Assembly: GCA_002269645.1 (NCBI GenBank) | Contig: NIVC01001558.1 | Location: 204,374-268,373, forward strand | Origin: Macrostomum lignano | Lineage: Eukaryota | DNA length: 64,000 bases | Reading direction: 5' to 3' | Shown here: positions 42,601 through 53,100 of the stretch, one piece after another | How the letters are laid out: each line of letters starts with the position of its first letter | Position numbering within the stretch: position 1 is the stretch's first letter | The notes under the pieces: model-generated | What the model saw: the letters and a program-made list of their open reading frames with translations, nothing else | What the model was told of the DNA's origin: nothing | The model's database searches: none | Program-made: the position numbers and the translations under genes

Positions 42601-42889
42601 GTGAAGCTACCGTTCCTTTCTGGTCCTGAGGTTCCATTCTGTATTGTAAAACAAATCATCGCGTGTGATAGGATTGCTTGATTTTGATAAACATCGGCCT
42701 GACATGTCAGCTGATTATTGCCAAAACCAATGCAGCCTACAGAAAGAACCGGAGAGGCGGCCCAGCCCAGTGTCTATAGTTGGCATGCGGTTCTACACTC
42801 TGTACTCTGGCGACCAGCGCGACCCGCTGTCTCGCTGGCTGCGGTCCAAGCAGTCTGAAATGCTGCGAGCTGCTGCCGCTGCTTCTTGA
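36615..42889 (+). CDS. MAP2K5: Dual-specificity MAP kinase kinase 5 (MEK5)
   Basis: Exons 36615-36742, 37326-37563, 39430-39778, 40345-40750 and 42736-42889 splice in frame. PB1 acidic motif CEDEDGDLVTVRDD; GRGQFG, HRDVK, DFG; activation loop SSIALSYCGT; MDGGSL. Confidence 0.92.
36800..37255 (+). mobile_element. Old SINE-B copy with a nested family-A SINE (36911-37180), MAP2K5 intron 1
   Basis: The A copy is flanked by a ~23-bp near-duplication GAGCGTGTG(TG/CA)TGAGTGCGTGCC. Confidence 0.8.
37572..39205 (+). repeat. 44-bp intronic minisatellite (~37 units), MAP2K5 intron 2
   Basis: Unit TTTTC(A/T)AGTTAAAACAAGCTGTAGGAAGCGCTGTTAGATTCTCA. Confidence 0.98.
39790..40290 (+). repeat. 21-bp intronic minisatellite (~24 units), MAP2K5 intron 3
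   Basis: Unit CCACAACTGACAGTCCCCATT. Confidence 0.97.
40830..42630 (+). repeat. Bipartite 30-bp/31-bp intronic minisatellite, MAP2K5 intron 4
   Basis: 30-bp unit ACTCCCGCCTTGGTCCTCAGGAGAAGTGCC to ~41860, then the 31-bp unit ATTCCCATCTGGTCCTGAGGTGAAACTGGCC. Confidence 0.97.
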
Positions 42890-43624
42890 AAACTTTGTTT
42901 GTTAATAGCGACTTCGCGTGTACGAGCAAAATTCGTTTTCTAATTTGTAATTTGCTTTTGCGTTTGCCGATTCTAAACCTTTTGGCTGCTAATTAGTGAA
43001 TTGCTCTATTCATTCTCCTGATGATGTCGGTATTTGCTCAGATTTGCTATTTATTAGTAATACCTCTACTGAATAGTATTTCACTGCGCTGTATATGCAA
43101 ACATTCCATTTATACTGAGCTAATGTTGGCTTCTTATAATAACCATGCTAATCAGCGTTTTTCTGTGCTGATCTGTATAAAGTTTGCTCAAAAGTCAAGC
43201 TCAAAAATTCCCAGAAATTATGGCGTCAAGCATTCCGAAGTTCGATAATGCGACTTTTTTTATCAAATGGCGCGATGAAAGGAAAGGCAGGTGAAAGTTG
43301 GAGCTGAATGAAATTTACCGTGTGAGAAAATCTGTAGCTGGGAAGAGATAGATATCTGTTTCGTTTAGACCTGTACCTTACCTTGCTTTTTCTGTTCAGT
43401 TTGCCGTGTCAAATATAAATATAAGAGTATATACATTCCTTGTACTTCTCGATTCGTTGCTTTGTCATTATTTTAACTCGTGTACATGCACTTAATATGT
43501 ACTTTACTGAGTCGAAATGCAAGTTCTAATGTTGAGTTTATTATCGCATTAGTGAGAGAATTTATTATCTACTAAGACAATTGCATGTATACACACGTGT
43601 AATTCGACTATTATTAAATCTAGC

Positions 43625-43638
43625 GTTTCCATGGTAAC
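43625..43638. promoter_or_regulatory. RFX X-box GTTTCCATGGTAAC upstream of ANKS3
   Basis: Matches the X-box consensus GTHNYYATRRNAAC and lies ~120 bp upstream of the ATG at 43760 of a ciliary gene. Confidence 0.7.
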
Positions 43639-43759
43639 CATAAGAAGCATTCTGACCATTCCGCAGCCGGGGCCAGCGCTGCAAAGCTCGGCCAATTCCG
43701 ACTCGGGAATTGGGGGCTGCGGAGGGACGGCCAGGTCACGTGACACTGCCACATCCAGG

Positions 43760-45805
43760 ATGCAGGACGGACAGCAGCCGCCGTACTGGACGGTGGAGAA
43801 CGAAGTCTGCCTCAGCGAGCCAATGGACGCCTGCACCGCTGCCAGCTTGGGTGATTGTGAGTATCTAGACCAGGCCGTGACGGATGGCCGGCTGCCTGCG
43901 GCCGCTCTGGGCAAAGCGAACAGAAGCGGCTGGACTCCTCTGATGTACGCAGCTTACTTGGGTCACGACAGTCTGGTGAGTGTGACTCCCTTTTATGAAT
44001 CGTGGCTAAAGGTTCAAAGCTCCATCAGAGAGACTCATTGGGATTTAGGGATTTATTGGGATTACAAGCCGTAGGCCCAAAGGCAAAGGGATTCTTTTTT
44101 TCTAGAAATTCCTTTTGCGCGGCACATCGAGGGCTGCGTACGGCTGTTCAGTCCAAGGACTGGGGGTCGCCACACACACCCTCAATTACCCCAGCTAATA
44201 CTGACACCCATTTTACAGCTGGGGGTGAACTGAAGCAATGCAGAGTTAAGTGTCTTGCTCAAGGACGCAAATTGTTCCAGTGGGATCGGGAATCGAACCC
44301 CGGCCTTTCAGTCGTGAGTCCGACGCTCTAATCACTAGGCTACAACCCTTAATGCAATGTATATATCAATGTAACAGTTATACCCTCCAGAGCACTGTGG
44401 CCTTGACTTTCTCATTGCCAGGCATGTATAAACTGTGCCATGAAGGTTAGCTCTCGAGCTTCCATGCTTAAAAAAAGTCAGTTGTATATTAGAAGATTCT
44501 CAGATATTCCCTATGCCCAACTTTCGCATTAAAGGTGAAGCTGCTGCTAGAAAAGTACGGCACTCATGTGGGCGACACCGCGGACAAACGGCGGCGCACA
44601 GCTCTGATGCTGGCCTGCAGCTGCGGTCATCGAAGCGCTGTGACTATTTTAGCAACCGCTTCCTACTCCGGCCCAGATCCCGACCCGATAGATTCAGACG
44701 GGCACAATGCCGCCATGCACTGCGTTCTGTTTGGCCAGCGCGACTGCTTGGAGGACCTGCTGCTGTGCTGGCAGCGGAAGCGCTCGCTGTGCGGATTGCT
44801 GCATCTGCGCCAGGCTGTACTGGGCGGGCACACGGCCACCACGCAGCTACTGTTGGAGAAGCTGTTCTGCGGTGAACTGTTAGAATTAGCCGGCTTTTCA
44901 ATCAATCAGCAGCCGGCCAGCATTGAAGCCGTGTTTTCTGAGCTGAAGCTGAACAAATATGCTCACCTGTTTGAGGGAATGCCGATGCAAGACTTTCTGC
45001 AGCTTACGGAAGAGCAGGTTATTAATGCTTGTTAACTGGTCTTTTGATGAAGCGTCACTTCTCCCGGTTCAAAGGATAGAGCGATATTTTCCTCGGGTCG
45101 TTTGATTTAGCACCGCTACCTCTCATGGATCCTTTAATGTAACGCCGCTACCCCTATCCCGGATCCTTTGATGTAACGCCGCTACCCCTATCCCGGATCC
45201 TTTGATATAGCGCCGCTACCCCTATCCCGGATCCTTTGATGTAGCCTACCCCTATCCCGGATCCTTTGATGTAGTGCCACCACCCCTATCCGGGATCCTT
45301 TGATGTAGTGCCACCACCCCTATCCGGGATCCTTTGATGTAGTGCCGCTAGCCATATTTTCGATGCCACTGTCGCATCGAGTTTACTTTCCATGAACGTC
45401 TGTTTCTAATGGGATGAAATAGATTCTATGCGAGACTCTGAAACAATGAGAATTTAAATTTGTTTATTTCCAACTCCCTCACAGATAGTGGCTAGAGGCC
45501 TGACGCTAATCGGGCCCAAGCGTAAACTAGTGAACCATCTTACCCAGCTGAGGGCCAATCAGCCCGCGCCTACACCGGCTGTTGAGGCTGAGCAACCGCA
45601 ACCGCGCCAAGCGTCAAGCGCTGACAGGGCAGACAGCATCCAGCAGGCTAAAGATTGCGTAAAACTATTAGAAGACATTTGCATCAATCTAACCGATGAG
45701 CTTGGCAAAAGTACTCAACCGGCTAATGTGCAAATTTGGTTGCATAAGCTAAGGAAGAAGACTGTTGAGCTGCAGACTCATTTGGAACGGGTGTCAAACA
45801 CTTAA
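43760..45805 (+). CDS. ANKS3: Ankyrin repeat and SAM domain protein 3
   Basis: Exons 43760-43975, 44535-45017 and 45485-45805. Ankyrin GWTPLMYAAYLGHD and TALMLACSCG; SAM ..GLTLIGPKRK; C-terminal helical region. The start could be further upstream (frame open from 43631). Confidence 0.85.
44116..44348 (-). mobile_element. CORE-type tRNA-SINE family A (ANKS3 intron 1)
   Basis: Reverse complement of the family-A head and CORE. Confidence 0.88.
45125..45350 (+). repeat. 34-bp intronic minisatellite (~7 units), ANKS3 intron 2
   Basis: Unit GGATCCTTTGATGTAACGCCGCTACCCCTATCCC. Confidence 0.93.
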
Positions 45806-46367
45806 TGCTGCACCTACGTCTATAATTGATAACTGGAGTTGCCCATAGCTGTAATTATTTTGCTTAGCATGTTTAATCACTGATCTCCCTGTTGCATCTT
45901 AGATGTCTGGTGCTTTCCTTGGACTGTTTCTAGATGGTCTCCACTAACTGAAGCGTCTAACGCTTGTTAAACAGCTTTGCCCTGCATGTATCGCATTTTT
46001 TTAGTGCGTCAGTGTTAGATCAACCTCTATATTCTCATGTGCATCTGCACCTGTAATGCCAATATATAGCGCCAGTATTTTCAATTCCAATCCCCGCTAC
46101 TTTTGCTATTTTTAAATCTGTTTTTATCATGTTATGCCTACAGATACCTGAATAACTAACTAGATATGTCACACGCAAAAATGCCTTCATTCACTCTTTT
46201 CAGTAGCAAAATTAGCGTTGGTTGCGTGGATATCTGGCTTTTTACAAGCAAACCCATTCATTAAATTAGCATCCGTTTGAAACTGCACCCAAATCCAGTG
46301 CGTGTGCATAACTAGCAAAAAAGAAAAAAGGCGTGGACCAGACAGGCAGATAAACAGTTTGGCTGAC

Positions 46368-46655
46368 CTCTCTCCTTACTGTTCTCTCATTGGCTGAGCT
46401 AGATTGGGCCTGCCCCTAGGCAGAGTTTCGTCCGTCTGAATTTGATCTCTCTCCTTACTGCTCTCTCATTGGCTGAGCTAGATTGGGCCTGCCCCTAGGC
46501 AGAGTTTCGTCCGTCTGAATTTGATCTCTCTCCTTACTGCTCTCTCATTGGCTGAGCTAGATTGGGCCTGCCCCTAGGCAGAGTTTCGTCCGTCTGAATT
46601 TGACTTCTTTTCTCGCTGTTCGCTCATTGGCTGAGCTAGATTGGGCCTGCTCATG
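46368..46655 (+). repeat. 79-bp tandem repeat (~3.6 units) with two ATTGG (CCAAT) boxes per unit
   Basis: TCTCCTTACT starts at 46371, 46450 and 46529. Each unit contains CATTGGCTGAGCTAGATTGGGC. Confidence 0.9.
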
Positions 46656-47262
46656 TAGACTGCATTTTGTCCGTCTTGCGTTCACTTGTGTTCATCGAGT
46701 TAATGCTTGACACGATCCACGAACCCCGAGGAAGGAAATGAAATTTTAGCTGCAGCATTAAATTTAGCTGACACAGCGCAATAAACTACTGAAAACAAAG
46801 AATTAGGCGCTCTACTTTTTTTACAAATTTAATTGCGAGTGACATGTCTAGTTATCCTACCTAGTATCATCTCTGGTTCTACCTAGCTAATTGAATATCT
46901 GTCGAATTTTTCCCAGGTAAAGAACTTTACAATGCTTCTAGGTAGATCTGGGTGGCTGAATGTGCTTGTAGTGTTTATATTTTACTGCACATACGAGCTA
47001 AAATACTTTATGCGCTGTTGTCACCGTACACATGGCTGTTTACAATGTCGTAAGCTGAAGTATTATCCGAAGCTTTAGCTATTCTGCTGCTAAAATTATA
47101 TACATCTGCTCTACTGGAAGGACTTGTAGTCCGTGTCAGATTATAATGAGCTATTTTTTATTGGCATTGATTTCGTTCAGTTTACAGTTGTAAATATATG
47201 TTACTTTGCTTGTTGCTAGGGCTAAAAAACTTGCCTAACCACCAATAGTTTGTTCCTTGCAG

Positions 47263-48039
47263 TCAACTAACGGCGCAGGCGGTCAGCTTCGCGAGCCCGA
47301 ATGGCTGGTGAGGCTGCAGGCGGTGTCCCGGGGCTATTTGTTTCGGCGCCGACTCAACGATGCTAACCGGTACTACTTTGAGCTGGCCTGCGAGGCTGAC
47401 GGCGACGTCAGGGCTGCCGCCGCTGTCGCCGCTGCCGGCTGTCGCCAGTGGACTTCCCAATGGCAGCGTCAGAAAAAAGCTGAAGCGCAGGCTAAACTAG
47501 AAGCTGAAGCGCAGGCTAAACTAGAGGCTGAAGCGCAGGCTAAACTAGAGGCTGAAGCGCAGGCTAAACTAGAGGCTGAAGCGCAGGCTAAACTAGAAGC
47601 TGAAGCGCAGGCTAAACTAGAGGCTGAAGCGCAGGCTAAACTAGAAGCTGAAGCGCAGGCTAAACTAGAAGCTCAAGCTAAACTAGAAGCTGAAGCGCAG
47701 GCTAAACTAGAGGCTAAAGCGCAGGCTAAACTAGAGGCTGAAGCGCAGGCTAAACTAGAGGCTGAAGCGCAGGCTGACCTGGAGGCAGAAGCGGATGTCA
47801 AACTCGATGCCAGCACTCAGTACGACCCGGGCATTGCGGAAGTCGCAACAGAGACAGGCCAGCGAAAAGATGTTGACGCGGAAGTTGATGAAGAAAGCGT
47901 GAGCTGTTTAGACGAGTCGGCTCTATCCGGGTTGCGACAGCAGCTGCACTGGGAGCTGGTGTGGCTGGACCAGGCCATCGCCAGTAGGCGCCACTTCTTG
48001 CGCTTCCGCCGGCTGGCTGGCCAGGCTGGGCAGCAGTAG
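47263..48039 (+). CDS. IQCC: IQ domain-containing protein C-like; no in-frame Met in the exon
   Basis: IQ motif LQAVSRGYLFRR and C-terminal ELVWLDQAIASRR..L, both as in IQCC. Acceptor TTTGTTCCTTGCAG at 47249-47262. Internal (AKLEAEAQ)n repeat. Confidence 0.75.
   Translation, partial: STNGAGGQLREPEWLVRLQAVSRGYLFRRRLNDANRYYFELACEADGDVRAAAAVAAAGCRQWTSQWQRQKKAEAQAKLEAEAQAKLEAEAQAKLEAEAQAKLEAEAQAKLEAEAQAKLEAEAQAKLEAEAQAKLEAQAKLEAEAQAKLEAKAQAKLEAEAQAKLEAEAQADLEAEADVKLDASTQYDPGIAEVATETGQRKDVDAEVDEESVSCLDESALSGLRQQLHWELVWLDQAIASRRHFLRFRRLAGQAGQQ
47479..47790 (+). repeat. 24-bp coding tandem repeat (~12-13 units) within IQCC
   Basis: Unit GCTGAAGCGCAGGCTAAACTAGA(A/G). Confidence 0.95.
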
Positions 48040-48861
48040 CAGCTCTGCGCAACTTCCCAATTATACGCAGTTTGTTTTACTGCTTTTGCCCTGATATTTT
48101 CGTATTTTGGATATTTCTGCGCAGGCCGCAGCTTGAGTTATGCGATACTCGTACTCTACTGAGTGTAAATATATATATCTTTTCTGCTTGTTATTTTTCA
48201 TCCGGATGTGTCAATAAACACGGCATAGCTTAACTTTTGAATTTCAACTTTTAGATTGATAATAACATGTTTCTCCGACTTTATGTTATGTTAAAGAGAT
48301 AGAAAACGAACTAAAGTAGGTTGAATATACGAGAGGCTTTGTCCGGAAAGCTCAGACACTCTAAAGTCAAGAGCAGAAACACGGTTCTTCTCGTATATTT
48401 TGGTCATGCTTTAAAAGCAAATTTAAGCTTCTGCCGCAACCTCCGCACTTCCCAGTTATCACGGCAGCCGGTTTCTTTCCCGCAATTTATGCCCCAACAG
48501 GGGTCATTTAGAGGACAAAGGTCAGGCGCAGTCTCTTCCAGGGTCTTTCAAGGCAGTGCTTTTTTGATGCGATTGACGTGAGGGATGCTCAAGCGATGGG
48601 AGAGAAGTTTGTCGCTACAGGTGGAGAGTGAGACCGAGTTGAAAGACAACAATTTGATTCTTAAAGACGAATAATCGCTTTTTATATTGCTTGTTACTTT
48701 CACTGCAACTATCTGTTGTTTTTCCAAGCATAACTTTTTGTATGGAATGACCAAAATATGCGAGCTTGAAGCGTCAGAACTTTTCCGGACAGTTGTTATC
48801 AACAGACAATGAAAATATAATTCATGCCCGTAACTCGCAACTGCCTATCAGCGATCACGTG

Positions 48862-49778
48862 ATGCCGCTTGACCGCTACCGCAATACAGCCTTGGTTGAT
48901 GGCATCGATGTGCGCGCCCTGCCGCTGGCTGGCGACTGCCCGGCCCCAGCTAGCGAAGGCAAACAGCAGCAGCAGCAGCAGCAGCAGCACTGGTTTCAGC
49001 GCCGTCTAGTCCAAGACACTGTCGGGTCCGGCTATGTAGAATTTGGCGACACCAAAGTCCTGTGCTCAGTGCACGGCCCAATGGAGCCCAAGCGGTCTGT
49101 ATTGACTGATGCAGGCGCTGAGCAGTCTCGAGCCCAGCTGCAGGTGTATTACAAATTGGCACCATTTGCCTCTCATCAAGCTGGCCGAGTTTCTTACCTG
49201 CCCGACGAAACTGAGAGACGCGCGGCCAGCTTTCTACAGGTGAGATCTTTATTCTTGATTGGAATTTTACTTTGCACTCTTTACTCTATAAGTCTCTATC
49301 GTAATTGTGTGCTCAAATATTAACCGACTTTACTCAGGACACTCTGGCACCATCGCTGCGGCTGGATCGGCTGCCCAAGTCGCGCATCGAGCTGCACTGC
49401 TTGGTGCTGGAGGACGCCGGCTGTTGCCTAGCAACCGCCGTTAATTGCGCCTGCCTAGCTCTGGTGGATGCCGGCCTAGAGATGTACGACTTGGTTACAG
49501 CGGCCACTGTCTGCCGGCCTGTTGGCGCCACCGACTGGCAGCTGGAGGTCGGCGACGGCTCGAACAGCGGCGGCAGCAGCTCGGTGACTCTGGCCTACAT
49601 GCGCAGCCTGCGCCAGGTGGCCGGCATGCTGGTTGAGGCTGCCGAGCCGCTGCAGCCCAGAGAGGTCAGTGCCGCATGCCGGATTTGCGAGGATCCGTGC
49701 AAGATGACGCACAGCAGTCTGCGCCAGTTTCTGCTGGACTGCCTGCCGGCTGACGACAGGACGGCAAAGATTGCGTAA
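48862..49778 (+). CDS. EXOSC6: Exosome complex component MTR3 (RNase PH fold)
   Basis: Exons 48862-49239 and 49338-49778. Motifs GSGYVEFGDTKVLCSVHGP, LAPFA, LPKSRIELHCLVLEDAG and LALVDAGLEMYDLV. Confidence 0.88.
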
Positions 49779-50125
49779 TCTTTGAATGCCCAATGACAGT
49801 CTGGCTTTTGCATTTCTGCTATGCACTCATAGTATGCCAATGCGTACTGTTGCTAAATAGGGTCACCGTAGACTTTAAAAGGAAGATATGACCCTCTTTG
49901 TCGCATTGACAGTTGATGGGCATAAATAAACATTGCAACAATATTTATAGTTTCTTTGCATGAATTTTTTGCCTTAATAAATTGGAAATTTTTTCTTTAT
50001 TTAAGTATTTTTGCCTGTATTGTGAATATCTGGGTTTAAGTTGATTTTATTCTTCGAAATTGCTTTGCTGCTTATTTGGCATTCTAAGCTCTTCTCACTG
50101 ACTGGTTCGCGATAAATCACAGCGC

Positions 50126-53100
50126 ATGTCCGCCACGGAGCCGCCAGAGGAGCAGGCGCACGATGTTCTGCCAGGTAGCCGCGACTCTGGCCAGGCAGGC
50201 GGCCTCGTTGTGCGCAGCGGCGCCGGCGCCCGCCCGCTGGCTAACACCGAGGCCACAGGCGGCCTGGCCGCTGGCGGCATCCAGTTCAAGAAGCCAGCCG
50301 ACCGTCAGCCGCCACCGCAGTCCTCGCGGCCGTCGCTGCTCGGATTGGACAAGCTGGCGGCCCGGAAGCGCGAGGAAGCCGCCGCCGCAGCAGCAGCTGG
50401 CCCGGCCGCTAAAAAGTACCGCGAGCTGCGCCCAGAAACGCCAGCCTCGCAGCGGTCCGATATCGCCGACATCCCGCGCCCGGAGCTGAAGGCGCCGCGC
50501 CGGCAGGAGCGCGGGATCGTTGCTGCCAGATCCTCTTCTGGCGGCGGCGGCGGCGGCGGCGGCGGCAGCCGCTCGGAACGGAGGCGCCGCTACGACGAGT
50601 GGGAGCGAGACACGTCCACGCGCCGGGAGGCGGACGATTCGGGCTCGCCCTACTACCGGACCCCAAAGCATCTGAGCGCCAATGAGGCGACTCCATCGCG
50701 TGAGAATTGGGATGTCGAAAGCAGGGCCGGCGAAGGCGGCAGAGGCTCATTCGAATACACCCCGATGCCAACGCCGACTTACAAGCGCGACTACCGCAGT
50801 CGGGATCGTCGGAGAGGTACCGACAGCATTGCCGGCAGCGAGCGTCGGCGAGATCAGCTTGATAACGAAGACTGGGAGCAGGAGCAGAAGCGGCTCGACA
50901 GGTAAATAATCATTGATTCAAGCGATACCGTGACAAGCATAGCTAAAAAGACGTTGCAAATAACTCTATAGTGACTCTAGCGACTCTTGTGACTTTTAAC
51001 GACACAAAAGCGTCTAATCAGACGAAGAGGCGATTGTTGCGACACAAGCGCGTCACGTCAGTTGTAGAATCGTGAAAGTGTCGGTCCAGAATCGTTATAC
51101 TGTCTCCCCAGAGTCACTAGAGTCGCCCCAAAGTCACTAGAGTCGCCCCAGAGTCACTAGAGCCGCCTCAGAGTCACTAGAGCCGCCCCAAAGTCACTAG
51201 AGTCGCCCCAGAGTCACTAGAGTCGCCTCAGAGTCACTAGAGTCGCCTCAGAGTCACTAGAGTCGCCCCAGAGTCACTAGAGCCGCCTCAGAGTCACTAG
51301 AGCCGCCCCAGAGTCACTAGAGTCGGCCCAGAGTCACTAGAGTCGCCCCAGAGTCACTAGAGTCGCCCCAGAGTCACTAGAGTCGCCCCAGAGTCACTAG
51401 AGTCGCCCCAGAGTCACTAGAGTCGCCCCAGAGTCACTAGAGTCGCCCCAGAGTCACTAGAGTCGCCCCAGAGTCACTACAGTTGCCCCAGAGTCACTAG
51501 AGTCGCCCGCCCCAGAGTCACTAGAGTCGCCCCAGAGTCACTAGAGTCGCCCCAGAGTCACTAGAGTCGCCCCAGAGTCACTAGAGTCGCCTCAGAGTCA
51601 CTAGAGTCGCCTCAGAGTCACTAGAGCCGCCTCAGAGTCACTAGAGCCGCCCCAGAGTCACTAGAGTCGGCCCAGAGTCACTAGAGTCGCCCCAGAGTCA
51701 CTAGAGTCGCCCCAGAGTCACTAGAGTCGCCCCAGAGTCACTAGAGTCGCCCCAGAGTCACTAGAGTTGCCCCAGAGTCACTAGAGTCGCCCAGAGTCAC
51801 TAGAGTCGCCCCAGAGTCACTACAGTTGCCCCAGAGTCACTAGAGTCGCCCGCCCCAGAGTCACTAGAGTCGCCCCAGAGTCACTAGAGTCGCCCCAGAG
51901 TCACTAGAGTCGCCCCAGAGTCACTAGAGTCGCCCCAGAGTCACTAGAGTCGCCTCAGAGTCACTAGAGTCGCCTCAGAGTCACTAGAGTCGCCCCAGAG
52001 TCACTAGAGCCGCCTCAGAGTCACTAGAGCCGCCCCAGAGTCACTAGAGTCGGCCCAGAGTCACTAGAGTCGCCCCAGAGTCACTAGAGTCGCCCCAGAG
52101 TCACTAGAGTCGCCCCAGAGTCACTAGAGTCGCCCCAGAGTCACTAGAGTTGCCCCAGAGTCACTAGAGTCGCCCAGAGTCACTAGAGTCGCCCCAGAGT
52201 CACTACAGTTGCCCCAGAGTCACTAGAGTCGCCCGCCCCAGAGTCACTAGAGTCGCCCCAGAGTCACTAGAGTCGCCCCAGAGTCACTAGAGTCGCCCCA
52301 GAGTCACTAGAGTCGCCTCAGAGTCACTAGAGTCGCCTCAGAGTCACTAGAGCCGCCTCAGAGTCACTAGAGCCGCCCCAGAGTCACTAGAGTCGGCCCA
52401 GAGTCACTAGAGTCGCCCCAGAGTCACTAGAGTCGCCCCAGAGTCACTAGAGTCGCCCCAGAGTCACTAGAGTTGCCCCAGAGTCACTAGAGTCGCCCAG
52501 AGTCACTAGAGTCGCCCCAGAGTCACTACAGTTGCCCCAGAGTCACTAGAGTCGCCCGCCCCAGAGTCACTAGAGTCGCCCCAGAGTCACTAGAGTCGCC
52601 CCAGAGTCACTAGAGTCGCCCCAGAGTCACTAGAGTCGCCTCAGAGTCACTAGAGTCGCCCCAGAGACACTAGAGTCGCCCCAGAGTCACTAGAGTCGGC
52701 CCAGAGTCACTAGAGTCGGCCCAGAGTCACTAGAGTCGCCCCAGAGTCACTAGAGTCGGCCCAGAGTCACTAGAGTCGCCCCAGAGACACTAGAGTCGCC
52801 CCAGAGTCACTAGAGTCGCCCCAGAGTCACTAGAGTCGCCCCAGAGTCACTAGAGTTGCCCCAGAGTCACTAGAGTCGCCCAGAGTCACTAGAGTCGCCC
52901 CAGAGTCACTACAGTTGCCCCAGAGTCACTAGAGTCGCCCGCCCCAGAGTCACTAGAGTCGCCCCAGAGTCACTAGAGTCGCCCCAGAGTCACTAGAGTC
53001 GCCCCAGAGTCACTAGAGTCGCCCCAGAGTCACTAGAGTCGCCTCAGAGTCACTAGAGTCGCCTCAGAGTCACTAGAGTCGCCCCAGAGTCACTAGAGCC

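Noticed and set aside
39533-42637. Many long repetitive ORFs on both strands
   Set aside because: They are MAP2K5 intronic minisatellites. The kinase splices cleanly around them.
43631-43759. ANKS3 start at ATG 43631
   Set aside because: This ATG is the centre of the X-box palindrome, and the encoded extension shows no ankyrin similarity. It is not fully excluded.
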